Source of the DNA: Octopus bimaculoides
Taxonomy: Eukaryota
DNA: 64,000 nt
NCBI RefSeq assembly: GCF_001194135.2
Contig: NC_068990.1
Coordinates: forward strand, 24,742,389-24,806,388
Reading direction: 5' to 3'
Part shown: piece by piece, positions 62,767 to 64,000 of the stretch
Position numbering within the stretch: position 1 is the stretch's first letter
Layout of the letters: each line of letters begins with the position of its first letter
Position numbers and translations under genes: made by a program
Notes under the pieces: model-generated
The model's database searches: none
What the model was told of the DNA's origin: nothing
The model's input: the letters and a program-made list of their open reading frames with translations, nothing else

Positions 62767-63519
62767 CATACGCATGTATATGTAAATTGTATGTATGTCT
62801 GTGGTTGTATCCGAGTGAGAGACAAGGTAAAGTTACTGAGGAATAAGAGCGAAGCGGAAGTGAAAAATACTAAACTTAAGAGAAGAAAATCAACTATCTC
62901 TAACAATGGTGAAGGGTTAGTTATTATCAATTCAGTGAAATCTTGTTGAATCCTTCATAGAATCTTGTGTGTATTTGCGTGTCTTCAAATATTTCTTTTT
63001 CTGTCTACTTCTTCACCTTTGTCATACATTTTCTGGTGTAAATTACCCAAACAGTTCTTCCGACTATTGTGTTCCGCCACGATAACACGATTTTAACTAT
63101 ACATGATAAATCTAGCGGAGTATTTTTTCTTGTTTTTTTTTCCCCGACTATAATTTAGTAATAAAATGTTGCTTGTATTATTTTACTGCTTTTTTTTCCT
63201 AATATTGTTATTCATTTTTCTTTTAGCAATTATTCTTGATTCATTTATTTATTTTGTCGTGTTATAAGACAATCAGATACATTTGAGAGTCGAAAATGTT
63301 CTATAACCTCTATTGAATGAATCGGTAAAACAGTACCGAAGACGTATTCATATAGTGTGTCACGGCATTTCCGCTTGATGGAGATCATTTATTTTAATAA
63401 GCTATTGACTTCAGATGATTTTGAATGCACCTGACGAATGTGGTGTGAAGTAAAGAAAGAAAAACTTAGCTTGGTTTCTGAAACAATGGCAATCAACACT
63501 TGACGAACGTTTATTGCCA

Positions 63520-63840
63520 CACATACAACTGGCATTCCGTCAGTTACGACGACGAGGGGGTTCCAGCTGGTCCGATTAACGGAACAGCCAGCTCTTGAAA
63601 TTAACGTGCAAGTGGCTGAGCACTCCACAGACACGATAATACTAACATAGTTCCCTGGAAGATTCAATGTGACACAGAATGTGACAAAGCTGGCCCTTTA
63701 AAATGTAGGTACAACTCATTTTCACCGACTGAGTGAACTGGAGCAATGTGAAATAAAGTATCTTGCTCAAGGACACAACGCACTGCCGGGTATCGAATTC
63801 ACAACCTTACGATTGTGAGCCGAAGACCCTAACCACGCGC
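63520..63840 (-). mobile_element. SINE family C, near full length
   Basis: Head GTGGTTAGGG..GAATTCGATACCCGG, central TGTGTCCTTGAGCAAGATACTTTATTTCACATTGCTCCAG, tail shared with 34624-34860. Confidence 0.85.
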
Positions 63841-64000
63841 CATACCACTCCTATAAGAGTGGATTAAAGTGATAAGCATTCTATTCGTTCCGGTGGCGAA
63901 AAAGAACAACGATCAGTTATTCACGTTCCGATCAGTCTAGAATAATGAATAGATATTTATATATATTATATCTTGGATTCTCGCTGCTCTGCATGCACCC

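Overview
This is AT-rich animal DNA from a draft short-read assembly, with about 14 N-gaps that mostly fall inside microsatellites. The repeat content (tRNA-headed SINEs, Penelope-like, RTE, CR1, Tc1/mariner and very dense TA/TG/TATG/GATA microsatellites) suggests an octopus genome; that is an inference from recognised repeat types. No host gene could be identified by homology. Nearly all ORF-track entries come from microsatellites, gaps or SINEs. Well-supported content: a decayed Penelope-like retroelement (26.4-28.9 kb, minus strand), an internally deleted mariner (59.2-60.1 kb), CR1 and RTE LINE remnants, a Tc1 3' end, several MITEs, four SINE families (labelled A-D here, about 45 copies or fragments), an interstitial (TTAGGG)n tract and two TTAGGG-like minisatellites. 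More speculative leads: five phase-compatible minus-strand candidate exons (53.7 kb down to 10.7 kb), a well-spaced TATA+Inr core promoter on the plus strand at about 17.95 kb, an unexplained stop-interrupted coding-like tract at 51-53.6 kb, degenerate hammerhead ribozymes in Penelope termini, a hairpin module shared by two SINE families, and head-to-tail SINE arrays. All classifications were made by eye, and element boundaries are approximate unless a TSD or splice site is cited.
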